Below, piece by piece: positions 10,197-20,624 of a DNA stretch of 64,000 bases. How positions within the stretch are numbered: the stretch's first letter is position 1; the number at the start of each line of letters is the position of its first letter. Source of the stretch: Methanotrichaceae archaeon (GTDB lineage Archaea > Halobacteriota > Methanosarcinia > Methanotrichales > Methanotrichaceae); NCBI GenBank assembly GCA_963754945.1, contig CAVWIG010000013.1, positions 17,352-81,351 of the forward strand, written 5' to 3'. The translations under genes were made by a program, and so were the position numbers. Below the pieces are notes generated by a model. That model had not been told where the DNA came from. It saw only the letters and a program-made list of their open reading frames with translations, and searched no databases.

Positions 10197-11402
10197 TAAC
10201 GAAGTGCTCTTGAAAGATTGCAGATCAAACCTACTATTTAATTAATTAAAAATTATGTACAAAAATTTATTCCCTATAAAGTAAAATGTTCTGATTTAAT
10301 ACATTATTTTAAATAATTATTTAATAATTATAGAATATTAAGTTTAAATTAAAATTTATGCTAGCGTACTTATGTAGCCATCCATTTTCTTGGTGATGAG
10401 AATAACAACTTTCGTCTACCGTTGCCTCGGAGATAGAATATCCTCTTGAGAATAATACACACTTATAGACTATGTGAATGCCTATTTTACAGTTGACCGA
10501 AAAACAGGTTTTGTTAGCTCGGATTTTCCAAATACTATAAGAATAGAGGCTCATTGTCGCCCACGCCCCCACTTCATGTAGTAAAATGGCTCCTTGAAGA
10601 AGAATTGATATTAGCATGATTCCCAGTAACATATAGTATAGGAATATCAATGAATTGAAAGCGGTATTATGTAATTTTTATAAATAATATTTGGCATCGA
10701 TAACTCAATGGTTTACGCATAGAAACTTTATTTATAAAATAGTAGATTTTATATCAAAAAAATAAGCACATCAAAAGAGAAGAAAGTATAGATAATTGCA
10801 AAATTCAATTTAAAATAAATTATAATAAAAATTAATTTATGATTTAGAAAAATTTATTTTTGATAAAGTTATAAATTATAATATATGATTACTTATAATC
10901 ATATTAGCATAATATATATTTTTTTAATTAATTTTATTATTAAATTATATATGTAGTATCTGCTCTTTTATTTATTATTAAATTATTCTAAATTTCATAG
11001 AAATTCTTTGAACAAATAAGTGAGACTTAATAATGGCATGAACTTTGAGGTTGAATGAGCGAGAAACCCACTAAATGAGAGTCAATTCAATCGCAGAACG
11101 GTCTACATAAAGAAATCAGCCATCATCTAGATGTTCGAAAGGTCTTGTGACGGATAAATGGGGAAATGTTGAGCAGTCTTCGTATACTTGCGATTGCGCA
11201 TTGCACATATACCGATGATATGAGTATTCAGCTATCCAACTCTGAGTAAGCTATCGATGGAATGGGAACACCAATCAGAGGTTAGTATTGACCACATAGA
11301 AGAGCAGCAATCGAGCCAGGAATGTAATAGAGACCAGGTTTAAAGATTGGCATTAGAAAGAGATATAAGAAACTGAGAGAATGACATTCATGGGATAAGA
11401 AT

Positions 11403-11972
11403 ATGAAGATTCTGATACCGCTGGCCGAGGGCTTCGAGGAGATCGAGGCCATAACCGTAATCGACATTTTGAGAAGGGCCGATATCGAGGTTGTGGTCGC
11501 TGGTCTGATGGATGGTCTTATCGAGGGGGCTCATAAGGTCAAAGTGCAACCAGACGTCAGTCTGGAAAAGGTAGACCTAATCGAGTTCGATGGCCTAGTC
11601 TTGCCAGGTGGCTTCCCAGGCTACGTCAACCTAGAAAAGGATGATCGGGTTTTAAACATGGTGAAGCGAATGAATAGAACAGGCAAGTGCATCGCTGCAA
11701 TTTGCTGTGCGCCTTCGGTGCTCATAAAAGCTGGGATCCTGCAGGGCAAAAGGGCTACTGTCAGCCCGTCGGGCAAAGCTAAAGTGGCCGTTTGCGCTCG
11801 ATACTCCGAAGATCGGGTGGTAGTGGATGGCAATCTTATAACGAGCCAGTCTCCTGGCACTGCCATGGAGTTCGCCCTGAAGTTAGTCGAGGTTCTAGCA
11901 GGAGAGGAGAAGATGAAACAGATAAAAGCCCAGACCCTTGCCATCAGCAAAGAAGACGGATGCATGATTTGA
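11403..11972 (+). CDS. DJ-1/PfpI (ThiJ/YajL-like) family protein
   Basis: GFEEIE, LPGG, AAICCAP and DGNLITSQSPG motifs. Confidence 0.93.
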   Translation: MKILIPLAEGFEEIEAITVIDILRRADIEVVVAGLMDGLIEGAHKVKVQPDVSLEKVDLIEFDGLVLPGGFPGYVNLEKDDRVLNMVKRMNRTGKCIAAICCAPSVLIKAGILQGKRATVSPSGKAKVAVCARYSEDRVVVDGNLITSQSPGTAMEFALKLVEVLAGEEKMKQIKAQTLAISKEDGCMI

Positions 11973-12050
11973 GATCATCCAGCCTTCCGCTTTTTCTTTC
12001 TGGCACCGACAGAAGACGACCAGATGCTTGTTTCTAAATCGATTCTTCTT

Positions 12051-13304
12051 TCACCACGAGATCTTCTTTCGATAGTAGTTTCTTACTACGATAGCAAGCA
12101 TATTCGTTAACAGGACCAGGCCCACTAACACCAGGGCTGTACCCCAGGCATTTTTCTCAACGTCCCAAGCACCAAGGAAATATATCAGGTTAAGAAGATG
12201 ATAATCCAGGTTGTTCACAGGCTGGAATACGTTGGGAATCACCCCGTAGATCATCTGTACCGGAGTAGCTGTAAAGGTCACCGCTGTCCACATTATAGGT
12301 GCTGTTTCTCCCGAGGCTTTGGCAACACTTATAATAATCCCCGTCAGAATTCCCGGCATAGACGAAGGTAGAACGACCTTCCTGATAGTCTGCCATTTAG
12401 TCGCCCCAAGGGCCACGCTTCCTTCCCTCAGCGAGTTTGGAACGCTCTTGAGAGCCTCCTGAGTGGTGAGGATTACTATTGGAATATTGATCAGTCCCAG
12501 GATTATAGATCCCGTAAGAAGAGAAATACCCAGGAAGTTAATCAGAAAAGCCACGCCGAAAAGGCCGAAGACAACAGAAGGCACCCCATTTATGCAGCTT
12601 ACAGCGATGGTTATCAAGCGATTTAAAATCAAATTTTTTGAGTATTCATTGAGATAGATTGCAGCTCCTATGCCCAGGGGTGCAGAAAAAATCATGGCAC
12701 CTAGGATCATCCATAAGGAGCCTAAGATTGCCGTACTTATGCCTCCCTGGGTCCCCAGCTTCCTAGGGGGCTCGGTCAGGAACTCCCAGCTCAGGGCCCA
12801 TATGCCTTTGTATATAATAATAAATAGTATACCGCCTAAGATAAGGACGGAGATAACTGCAGTAAGCCGGATGGCAAGAAATACTAACGCCTCTCTGCTT
12901 TTACTACCAGAATCGTAGAGCAAGTTTATGGTGTCCTTAGTGACGACAATGCTGGCTGCTAAAACCAGGGCTGACAGGATTAGCTTGTATCCGAAGGTCG
13001 CACCAATACCCAAAGGAGTTCTTATTTCAACCTTCGGGCTGATGGTTCCTGTGAATATCAACAGAAAGACGGCCATGATGAAGAACAGGTCTAAGGCAAG
13101 GACAACACCAGTTTTCGAAGCTAGATTCAATTTTCTCTTTGTCAGAGCGGATAGGGCAATCAGCAGTGTAGACCCTGCCAGGGCCACTCCCCAAAGAATT
13201 GAGAGATATGTCAGATCAGGCTGGAAAATTATGCAGGCCACTGAAGAGATGAAGAGAAAGGCCGCTGCAGCGAAGGAGAGAGAATATGCGAGTTTTATCC
13301 TCAT
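12051..13304 (-). CDS. pstA: Phosphate ABC transporter permease PstA (with extra N-terminal TM segments)
   Basis: GVPSVVFGLFG, REGSVALGATKWQTI, GETAP. Confidence 0.93.
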   Translation of the reverse strand: MRIKLAYSLSFAAAAFLFISSVACIIFQPDLTYLSILWGVALAGSTLLIALSALTKRKLNLASKTGVVLALDLFFIMAVFLLIFTGTISPKVEIRTPLGIGATFGYKLILSALVLAASIVVTKDTINLLYDSGSKSREALVFLAIRLTAVISVLILGGILFIIIYKGIWALSWEFLTEPPRKLGTQGGISTAILGSLWMILGAMIFSAPLGIGAAIYLNEYSKNLILNRLITIAVSCINGVPSVVFGLFGVAFLINFLGISLLTGSIILGLINIPIVILTTQEALKSVPNSLREGSVALGATKWQTIRKVVLPSSMPGILTGIIISVAKASGETAPIMWTAVTFTATPVQMIYGVIPNVFQPVNNLDYHLLNLIYFLGAWDVEKNAWGTALVLVGLVLLTNMLAIVVRNYYRKKISW

Positions 13305-13305
13305 T

Positions 13306-14229
13306 TCAATATCCTCCGAACTTCTTCCGAATTCTGGCCCTAATTTGATCGGCCACCACGTTTAGAATGGTTACGACCAACAAAAGAACTAGTCCGACGG
13401 CAAATAGCGCTTGAAAATGCAACGAACCTCTGGCAACCTCTCCCATCTCGCCCGCTATGACCGATGTAAATGTAGCCCCCGTATCAAAAATATTGAACAC
13501 GGGGGTGGGTAAACTGGGAACATTTCCTACAACAAGAAGGACTGCCATTGTCTCACCCATGATTTGGCCGACGTTGAGAAGAACAGCTGCTGTAATGCCG
13601 GAGGATGCGGCCGGTATGGTAACGTGCCTTATTGTCTGCCATTTATTGGCTCCAAGAGCCATAGATCCTTCCTTGAATTCGCTTGGAACTGCTCTTAGTG
13701 CATCCTCGCATATGGTAGTCATGCTTGGAATGAACATTATCCCCAAGAGTATAGAACCAGCGAGGAGGGACCTCCCTGTAAGCATGTCGAAGCTCTCCTG
13801 CAAGTACTTAACAAGTATAATCACTCCAAGAAAGCCGTAGACTATAGAAGGCACTCCTGCAAGCAGCTCTATCGCCGGCTTCAGAAAATCCTTTTCCCTC
13901 GGTCCTGCCAGCTCGGACAAGTAAACAGCCAAGGGGAAACCAATACAGATGTTTATAATAAGCGCCATCGACGTTATCAAGAGGGAATTTATGATCAAAG
14001 GCATCATACCATATGTATCGGATGGAGGGTGCCACGTCTGGCCCATGATTAGATTTATTATCCCTACTTTTGCAAATGCGTTGACCCCTTCCTGGAACAA
14101 AAAGTAGAAGATCATCACCATGATAATTATCGAAGTAATAGCGGAGATGAACAGTACGGATTCAACGAATTTCTCGCCGTACCTCCTCTGCAACCCCATG
14201 CTTTCTGGCTTGGGTAGATCCATACACAT
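13306..14229 (-). CDS. pstC: Phosphate ABC transporter permease PstC
   Basis: ELLAGVPSIVYG, EGSMALGANKWQTI, GETMAV. Confidence 0.94.
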   Translation of the reverse strand: MCMDLPKPESMGLQRRYGEKFVESVLFISAITSIIIMVMIFYFLFQEGVNAFAKVGIINLIMGQTWHPPSDTYGMMPLIINSLLITSMALIINICIGFPLAVYLSELAGPREKDFLKPAIELLAGVPSIVYGFLGVIILVKYLQESFDMLTGRSLLAGSILLGIMFIPSMTTICEDALRAVPSEFKEGSMALGANKWQTIRHVTIPAASSGITAAVLLNVGQIMGETMAVLLVVGNVPSLPTPVFNIFDTGATFTSVIAGEMGEVARGSLHFQALFAVGLVLLLVVTILNVVADQIRARIRKKFGGY

Positions 14230-14260
14230 GGCCCAATTGCATCATCGCTTAAAACCCTTG

Positions 14261-14278
14261 TCTATATTATCTATATAG
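14261..14278 (-). promoter_or_regulatory. Candidate phosphate-regulatory direct repeat (CTATAT x2, 9-bp period) upstream of pstC
   Basis: tctatatta-tctatatag. The same arrangement occurs upstream of pstB at 30779-30796. Confidence 0.35.
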
Positions 14279-14494
14279 AGGATGTATTGCCATGCTTGAA
14301 GACCCAAAATCATCATCTTTTAGTTCAATACTTCCCAGCCATAGGGCTTGAAGACCCATGGTTGCTAGTAATAGAAACTTGATTTTTATGAATATTCTCA
14401 ATTGATTCAATGAAAAAAATGGCCCGACAGAATAGCTAAAAAATACTGGATAAGATAAGTTTAATAAAAAAAGTTGTAGGGATCGCCCAGCTCA

Positions 14495-15316
14495 TTACAG
14501 AGCTATGTATCCATTTTCCTTGGCTATCTTCTGTCCTTCAGGGCCGCTTACAAAGTCGATGAATGCCTTAGCGCCCTTTGTAGGCAGGCCGCCAAAGGTA
14601 TCCAGGTAGAGTTTGCGAGCCAATGGATAAGTCTTATCCTTTACTGTTGCCTCGGTAAGCTTGATGCCATTGAGAGTAACTACCCCAAGGGCTCCGCTCT
14701 GGGAATAGCTGTAGCCGAGATATCCAATTGCCTTATCGCTTCCGGTTATGGCAGTCTTGACTTCAGAGTTGCCGCTTGCATAGGTCTTAACTCCGGGAGT
14801 TCGTGCGTTAGCGTCCCCCATTACATCGGTCAAGAAATTAGCCAGAGTGCCGGAGCCCTGCTCCCTTGATATTGCGTAGATCTGTGCATCTGGGCCTTTC
14901 AGGTCCTTCCAGTTCGTTGTGTTACCTGCATATATCTTCTTGATCTGATCTATGGTAAGAGCATTAACGCCTGCGTCATAAATTGGCTTGCTCACGCATA
15001 TGGCTATTCCGTCGTAACCGATCAAATTCTCGACGAACTTGTCGCCGTACTTGGTCTTCTCATCTGTAGTTACCTCTCGAGAGGCCATTGCAACATCTGC
15101 CTGGCCCTGAGCAAGGGCAGTTATGCCGGCACCGGTACCAGTCTGAGCGACAGAAACGTGGTATTGTGTTTGGTTCGCATTGAAGGCATCAGCACATAGA
15201 ACGCCCAGTGGTCCTACGGTTGTGGATCCGGAAACAACGACTTCTGTTGCTGCCGATGAGGCGGCAATCGTCCCCAGCATCAGGGAGACTAATAATACAG
15301 CTATTAGTTTTCTCGT
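14495..15316 (-). CDS. pstS: Phosphate-binding protein PstS
   Basis: SGSTTV, GTGAG, MASR, SREQGSGT, YPLARKLY. The full signal peptide begins at an ACG codon at 15316; the first ATG is at 15280. Confidence 0.92.
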   Translation of the reverse strand, partial: TRKLIAVLLVSLMLGTIAASSAATEVVVSGSTTVGPLGVLCADAFNANQTQYHVSVAQTGTGAGITALAQGQADVAMASREVTTDEKTKYGDKFVENLIGYDGIAICVSKPIYDAGVNALTIDQIKKIYAGNTTNWKDLKGPDAQIYAISREQGSGTLANFLTDVMGDANARTPGVKTYASGNSEVKTAITGSDKAIGYLGYSYSQSGALGVVTLNGIKLTEATVKDKTYPLARKLYLDTFGGLPTKGAKAFIDFVSGPEGQKIAKENGYIAL

Positions 15317-15781
15317 GCTATCACCAAGGGCAAGAACATCCAGGTAATATGTAAGGTTATTCGATATAAAATAGATAGCGGTAATCGAAGTATTTACGTG
15401 TATATGTTCTATGTGGTCGCGTATGTGAGTTACTGAAAAGCGCTAACAAGTGTCCAAATGGATATTTACCGGGAAATCGACCCTTAGCACCTGATTTGGG
15501 CAATGATTTTCAGCAATATTCACCCACGACCTTCTATGTTTTGTCTACGATATTCAGTAGATTGCGGTTTCATATTATCAGCACTTTCATCTATTGTGTG
15601 TTATATCGTCACTATTTTCTATAAAGATAGCTTATTTATTTAATAATCCCATGCTCACGACTGCAGGCATAGTTATGAAAGATGCAGGAATAATTAGGAG
15701 GACAGGAACCGCATCGCTATCCTGGCTTTTAAGGTCACCAAGACCTTGTGAGAAAAAATCTCGATTAACCGGAGGGATTAC

Positions 15782-16831
15782 ATGAAAAGTATTATGTTAG
15801 CGGCGTTTGTCCTAATTGTTTTCTTAGGAACAGCGACGGCATTAACAAATAGCTATATAGCACAGCCCGATCCAACTCAGAAAAGCATAAATGATTTTGT
15901 GGGTGGGATATATGGTACCAAGGACGCAAAAGGTAATGTGATTAATTATCCGATAACTTTTGCGAATCAGGTCGTTGACAAGAACGTGAGCTTCGCCTTT
16001 GAACAAAGCGTTCAGGGCAACGGCTACTACATGACCTACAAGTACGCCAAGATGGGAAATGCAGAGTTCAAGGATTACGCACATGGAAGCGGCTCTCTGG
16101 ACAACGAGGCTGTACTGACCAGCTACAATTCATCCCACCAGTCCCATCTGTGGAACGCGGACTGGAATGACCATAGTGTGAATTGCATCCAGTACAAAGA
16201 AACCACTCACGCGGTATACGCTCCGGTAAGGATCGCAATTGGTACCGGTTACTATGCTACCAATCCGCTGAACTACGACTCACTGATCAAGGAGAAGACC
16301 TGGATAAAGAACCGGCTTGCAGGCTCAGAGATGCAGAACGAGGTTGAGTACGCCCACAAGCTCGACAAAGATCTAAGCGTCTTGGTAAAGGACTTTACCG
16401 ATTTCACCTACGACCCGCTCTTCACGGCCAACGCTATCTCAAATATGAAGATAAAAGAGGATGTAGGAGCAGGCAAGATACACATAGGCGTGTTGCAGGC
16501 AAGCGCCGATGCCGTTAGCCAGGTTCCATTCTCGACGTTAGACACCGCTCCTGTGACTGCAGGGAGAAAGGCAGGATCTGGATGGGTTAAGCCCGCGGTC
16601 GAAATCGATGAGGATTACTTCGGGACATACCATGTCGAGAAGAACATGACCCTTGTGGTACCTTACAGCAGGAACAAGCCTACCTACGACTGGCTGCCAT
16701 GTTCTTGTATGACCACCCCTGGCGGCATTGCCGGCTGGAACGATATGTTCCTGACAGACCAGAAGGCTCACAGTGCGAAGGGATTCTTCGACTGCACGAC
16801 CTGCTGGCCATCGAAACCCTGTTCCAGTTAA
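15782..16831 (+). CDS. Secreted hypothetical protein with a Cys-rich C-terminus
   Basis: Signal peptide, GGAGG RBS, and WLPCSC...GWNDM...FFDCTTC. Confidence 0.8.
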   Translation: MKSIMLAAFVLIVFLGTATALTNSYIAQPDPTQKSINDFVGGIYGTKDAKGNVINYPITFANQVVDKNVSFAFEQSVQGNGYYMTYKYAKMGNAEFKDYAHGSGSLDNEAVLTSYNSSHQSHLWNADWNDHSVNCIQYKETTHAVYAPVRIAIGTGYYATNPLNYDSLIKEKTWIKNRLAGSEMQNEVEYAHKLDKDLSVLVKDFTDFTYDPLFTANAISNMKIKEDVGAGKIHIGVLQASADAVSQVPFSTLDTAPVTAGRKAGSGWVKPAVEIDEDYFGTYHVEKNMTLVVPYSRNKPTYDWLPCSCMTTPGGIAGWNDMFLTDQKAHSAKGFFDCTTCWPSKPCSS

Positions 16832-16844
16832 GTAGCTAAAATAT

Positions 16845-16881
16845 AGGGGGGGTGATAACTCCCCTAACCTTCTCTTTTTTT
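16845..16881 (+). terminator. Hairpin followed by a pyrimidine/T tract
   Basis: aggggg..gt/ac..tcccct followed by tctcttttttt directly after the 16831 stop. Confidence 0.5.
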
Positions 16882-16923
16882 CTGATTCACCAAGATGTTA
16901 TTCGAGAGCTTTGATGTTTGAGG

Positions 16924-17057
16924 AGAAACCTGAAAATACCATTGGGCTAATCTCAAAATGTGGTCGTGTATCCGTTCCACTGAAACCTTGATTGGCAGCC
17001 CAGATCGCATACCTTAGTGGTTTTACTCAGCGAATGCAGATTTTCGAATAGGTTTTC
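16924..17057 (+). ncRNA. Candidate structured non-coding element B
   Basis: gaaacctg/taggtttt closing stem, with tgggct-aatc/gatt-agccca, gtgg/ccac and gcat/atgc inside. Confidence 0.3.
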
Positions 17058-17178
17058 AACTAAGCAGAGGCACGGCCCAAAATGTTATGAGATCTTTAAC
17101 CTTGAAACCAGTTGACTGGATTTATGCCGTTGATTATGACAGATGGTAGCCTTGAGATCCCACAGAACTTTGGTTTCT

Positions 17179-18147
17179 TCAGAGATCGCGATAATGATGC
17201 AGCTTTATTACACTAAGACAGGCAGTGGCCTCTCTGAAGATGAACGCGTTATGATCGCGATCTATGCCAAGTCTGGCCATTCTGAGAAGACCCAAGGCCA
17301 TAAAAAATGGCAACGCTCTTGTGATTCTCCTAAACTCATCTTCATTCCTGCTGTACTTCCACAAGAAATGTCCTATATAGGGCTCTGCTCTTCCTGCGTT
17401 ATTCTTATGAATTGCAAAATAGTGTTTAAGCTCTGCTGCAACTGTTCCAAGATCGTGGACAAAGTTGGCATGCTCCCAGGAGCTCTCCAAATCCAGAACG
17501 TAAACCTTGTTTTGATTAAATACGTAGTTGACTGGATTGGCGTCGCTGTGGATCATACATCCGTGTGGTTGATCCAGAAGTGTGGAATACCACCAGTCTC
17601 CTAGTAGCTGGTCATACTTTAATCGAGTCTTTCGATCCAACCTGAGCTGATCCAATACTTTATGAGAATAGGCGAATTCATCCTGCTTGCGGTACTCTGA
17701 CACTGTATTTTCATGGAGTTTTCTTTGCGTGTGGGCCATGGCTGTCAGCTTATCATAAAGCCCGTTCTCGGTTCTCATATACATGAAAAGAGGCTTGCCG
17801 TGTACGTACTCGGTTACAAGAACGCAAGAGAAGTCCTTTCTCATTCCTACCGGCCTCGGAACGTCTATGATTCGCTCAACCTTTTTTAGTGTCCAGAATT
17901 CCCTCTCCATGGATTTGACCGGATCGTAATCCCTTTTCCAGCCAGTAGGCTCAGCATAGAACTTGGCTACTACGCCACACTCTTCGCCCACGAACTCGTA
18001 TCGGCAGACTGTGTGAGATGCCGGGCCTATCTTGAACACCCGGACGTCGCATTTTTTGTGGTGTAATCTATCACCTAAAGCATCAACCAGCCAGTCTCTG
18101 AAGACGTCCCCTGGTTTCAGTGTACTTACTTGTCTTTCTGAGAGCAT
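17179..18147 (-). CDS. APH/choline-kinase-like phosphotransferase
   Basis: VAKFY, MIHSDANPVN (HxDxxxxN), LDLE, HDLG. Confidence 0.85.
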   Translation of the reverse strand: MLSERQVSTLKPGDVFRDWLVDALGDRLHHKKCDVRVFKIGPASHTVCRYEFVGEECGVVAKFYAEPTGWKRDYDPVKSMEREFWTLKKVERIIDVPRPVGMRKDFSCVLVTEYVHGKPLFMYMRTENGLYDKLTAMAHTQRKLHENTVSEYRKQDEFAYSHKVLDQLRLDRKTRLKYDQLLGDWWYSTLLDQPHGCMIHSDANPVNYVFNQNKVYVLDLESSWEHANFVHDLGTVAAELKHYFAIHKNNAGRAEPYIGHFLWKYSRNEDEFRRITRALPFFMALGLLRMARLGIDRDHNAFIFREATACLSVIKLHHYRDL

Positions 18148-18394
18148 GTATACCTCGATTGGGTCAGAAATTGAGTTTATATAGCTTTTCTCAATTAATT
18201 ATATGCTGTCAAGTCTTATAAAGGATCTATATAGCCGGGATAAACGATAGTGATTTTCAGCACAATTCAGATTTTCTTCTTCCTGCTGAATATCAAGTGC
18301 CCTACTGAAGGCCCAAAGTTAGTTTATTTTCGAAAGGCAAACTAAAAGAACATAATAATACTGGTACATGCCCGTGAATGTTTGTGAAGATTTT

Positions 18395-18561
18395 AGGAAA
18401 TTGGATTTAGCGCCTCAAAAGACAAGCGATTATAAGGAGACACCGCACCTAGGGCCGAAATGGTGCGGTGTTTCTTTAGGCATCCGAGGGGAATTGCCTG
18501 TAGGGTATTATAAGACAGGGCCCTAGGAAGGTCATAATGTATAAGAATATAAAAATTTCCT
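18395..18561 (+). ncRNA. Candidate pseudoknotted RNA, array unit C0
   Basis: 15-bp stem 18435-18449/18462-18476. cctagggcc (18448-18456) is complementary to ggccctagg (18519-18527). Closing stem aggaaatt/aatttcct. Confidence 0.5.
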
Positions 18562-18589
18562 TGATAGAATATATAAGGACCATAGCCGT

Positions 18590-18904
18590 CAATTAAGTAA
18601 CCGATTGAAATTGCTCTATTGTCCTAACATATAGATTGGATTGTTCTGCAGTGGGCGCGTGTAATTGAAGGATATTCGATATGAATTCCGTACCTAAGGT
18701 ATCATAAGAAGGACCTCAGGAAAGTACCACATCTGGACCTGGGCGTTGAGATGAGACATGGTACTTTCCCGGTTTGTTCTGGAAACTCGTTTTTACTGGA
18801 GGGACCACCCAGGACTGGGCCCGAGATGCTTACTGTTAATGTCGAATATATTGATTGTCCAAATAGAATATATGCGGATCATAGGCGTCAATTAAGTAAT
18901 TGGC
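18590..18904 (+). ncRNA. Candidate structured RNA, array unit C1 (about 300-nt repeat)
   Basis: Homologous to 20176-20480. Conserved stems atattcgatat/atgtcgaatat and ggaaagtacca/tggtactttcc. Confidence 0.55.
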
Positions 18905-20175
18905 GGCAGTGTAACGATTTTTCTGTACTTTGATAATAAGAATGATTATCGGCCCTGTATCCTATCCAATCTTGAGAAAAGGAGGACACAGGACCATGAT
19001 ACCCATAGCACTCTTGGAAGATTACCTTATCGATCAGGAAGATGGACTAAAGAAGCTTCTGACCTGGTTCTTGAACCTTGTAATGCAGCTAGAAGCGGCG
19101 CAACAGGCAGATGCAGAACCGTATCAGAGAGTCGAATCCCGAAAGGCACATAGGAATGGCTACAAGGAAAGATCTCTGAAGACGCGAGTTGGAGAGCTCC
19201 GACTCAAGAAACCTCAATTCCGTGAAATTTCCTTCGAAACCAAGGTGTTCGACAGATTTTCGCGCGTAGAGAAGGCTTTGGTCAACGCTGTACTCGAATC
19301 GTATCTCCAGGGGGTTTCAACCAGGAGAATCCAAGATATTGTCTCTCGATTTGGCATCGAGAATTTATCTGCCTCTAGCGTTTCCAGGATATCCAAAGAG
19401 CTTGACGAGAAGGTAGAAGAATTCCTGAAGAAACCTATCGAACGTCCTATTCCTTATCTTTATGTAGATGCAAGCTACTTCAAAGTAAGAACAGAATCAA
19501 GATATGTTACCAAAGCTTTCATGATCGTCACAGGTGTTAGAGATGACGGTTATCGCGAGATACTTGGCGCAAGAATAGCTGACAGTGAAGATGAACTCTT
19601 CTGGTCGGGATTATTTCAAGATCTGGCGGATCGTGGGTTGTCCGGAGTAAAGCTCGTGATATCAGATGGTCATAAGGGAATCCAGAAAGCGGTTGAGAAA
19701 TCATTTCTTGGTGCTTCATGGCAAATGTGTCACGTTCACTTTTCAAGAGCGGTCTTGAGAAACGTTGCCAAGAAGTATCATAAGGAGATCGCCGATAAGA
19801 TCAAGATCGCTCTGGAAGACGAAATCAAGATACAGGACTTAGCGAAAGAATTGAGGGAAAGAGGTTATGCGAAATCTGCTGACACTATCGACCGCTTCAG
19901 ATTCAGTCTGTGGAATTACAGGGCATTCCCCAGAGGTCACTGGAGAAGGATTCGGACTACAAACGGGCTGGAGAGGATCAACAAGGAGCTGAAAAGAAGA
20001 TCCAGGGTAGTCGGTGCCTTCCCAAGTGAGAGCTCGTTCATGAGGTTAGGGGTTTCGATCCTCATCGATATCAACGAAGAATGGCTGACCGCTAAAAAGT
20101 ATTTATCTATGGATGCTGATTGAGTATGTTGGGATACAGGGCAACTCCAAATTACAGAAATCTCGGCACACTACC
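18905..20175 (+). mobile_element. IS256-family element, copy 2
   Basis: IRs present, with 8-bp TSD taattggc at 18897-18904 and 20176-20183. Confidence 0.96.
18930..20123 (+). CDS. IS256 transposase
   Basis: DDE motifs. Protein identical to 39671-40864. Confidence 0.95.
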   Translation: MIIRMIIGPVSYPILRKGGHRTMIPIALLEDYLIDQEDGLKKLLTWFLNLVMQLEAAQQADAEPYQRVESRKAHRNGYKERSLKTRVGELRLKKPQFREISFETKVFDRFSRVEKALVNAVLESYLQGVSTRRIQDIVSRFGIENLSASSVSRISKELDEKVEEFLKKPIERPIPYLYVDASYFKVRTESRYVTKAFMIVTGVRDDGYREILGARIADSEDELFWSGLFQDLADRGLSGVKLVISDGHKGIQKAVEKSFLGASWQMCHVHFSRAVLRNVAKKYHKEIADKIKIALEDEIKIQDLAKELRERGYAKSADTIDRFRFSLWNYRAFPRGHWRRIRTTNGLERINKELKRRSRVVGAFPSESSFMRLGVSILIDINEEWLTAKKYLSMDAD

Positions 20176-20480
20176 TAATTGGCTGAAATTGCTCTATTGT
20201 TCAGACATTTTAGGAGAGGAGTTGAGATTTAAGCGGACTGCTCGAAAAAGGATTACATTGTACTGCCCAGAGAACGTGTAATCGAAGGATATTCGATATG
20301 AATTTGAATTTCGCACCTAAGTATCAGAAGTAGGACCTCAGGAAAGTACCAAATCTGGACCTGGACGTTGAGAGGAACATGGTACTTTCCCATTTTGAAC
20401 TCGTTTTTACTGGAGGGACCACCAGGTTGGCCCGAGATGCTTACTGTTAATATTGAATATATCGATTGTCCAAATAGAAT
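20176..20480 (+). ncRNA. Candidate structured RNA, array unit C2
   Basis: Diverged copy of C1 with pair-preserving changes; indels lie mostly outside the stems. Confidence 0.55.
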
Positions 20481-20624
20481 AAAGCAAGACAATAGAGATC
20501 CCAGATTGACTTATTTACTTTACTTTCCGACTTTTAGTCCTATATTTCAGCTTATTGAGCAGACCTACATCCATCGGGTATCGGCGCTTGTGCTTTGCAG
20601 TTCCGACAGACAATACCCAAGATG

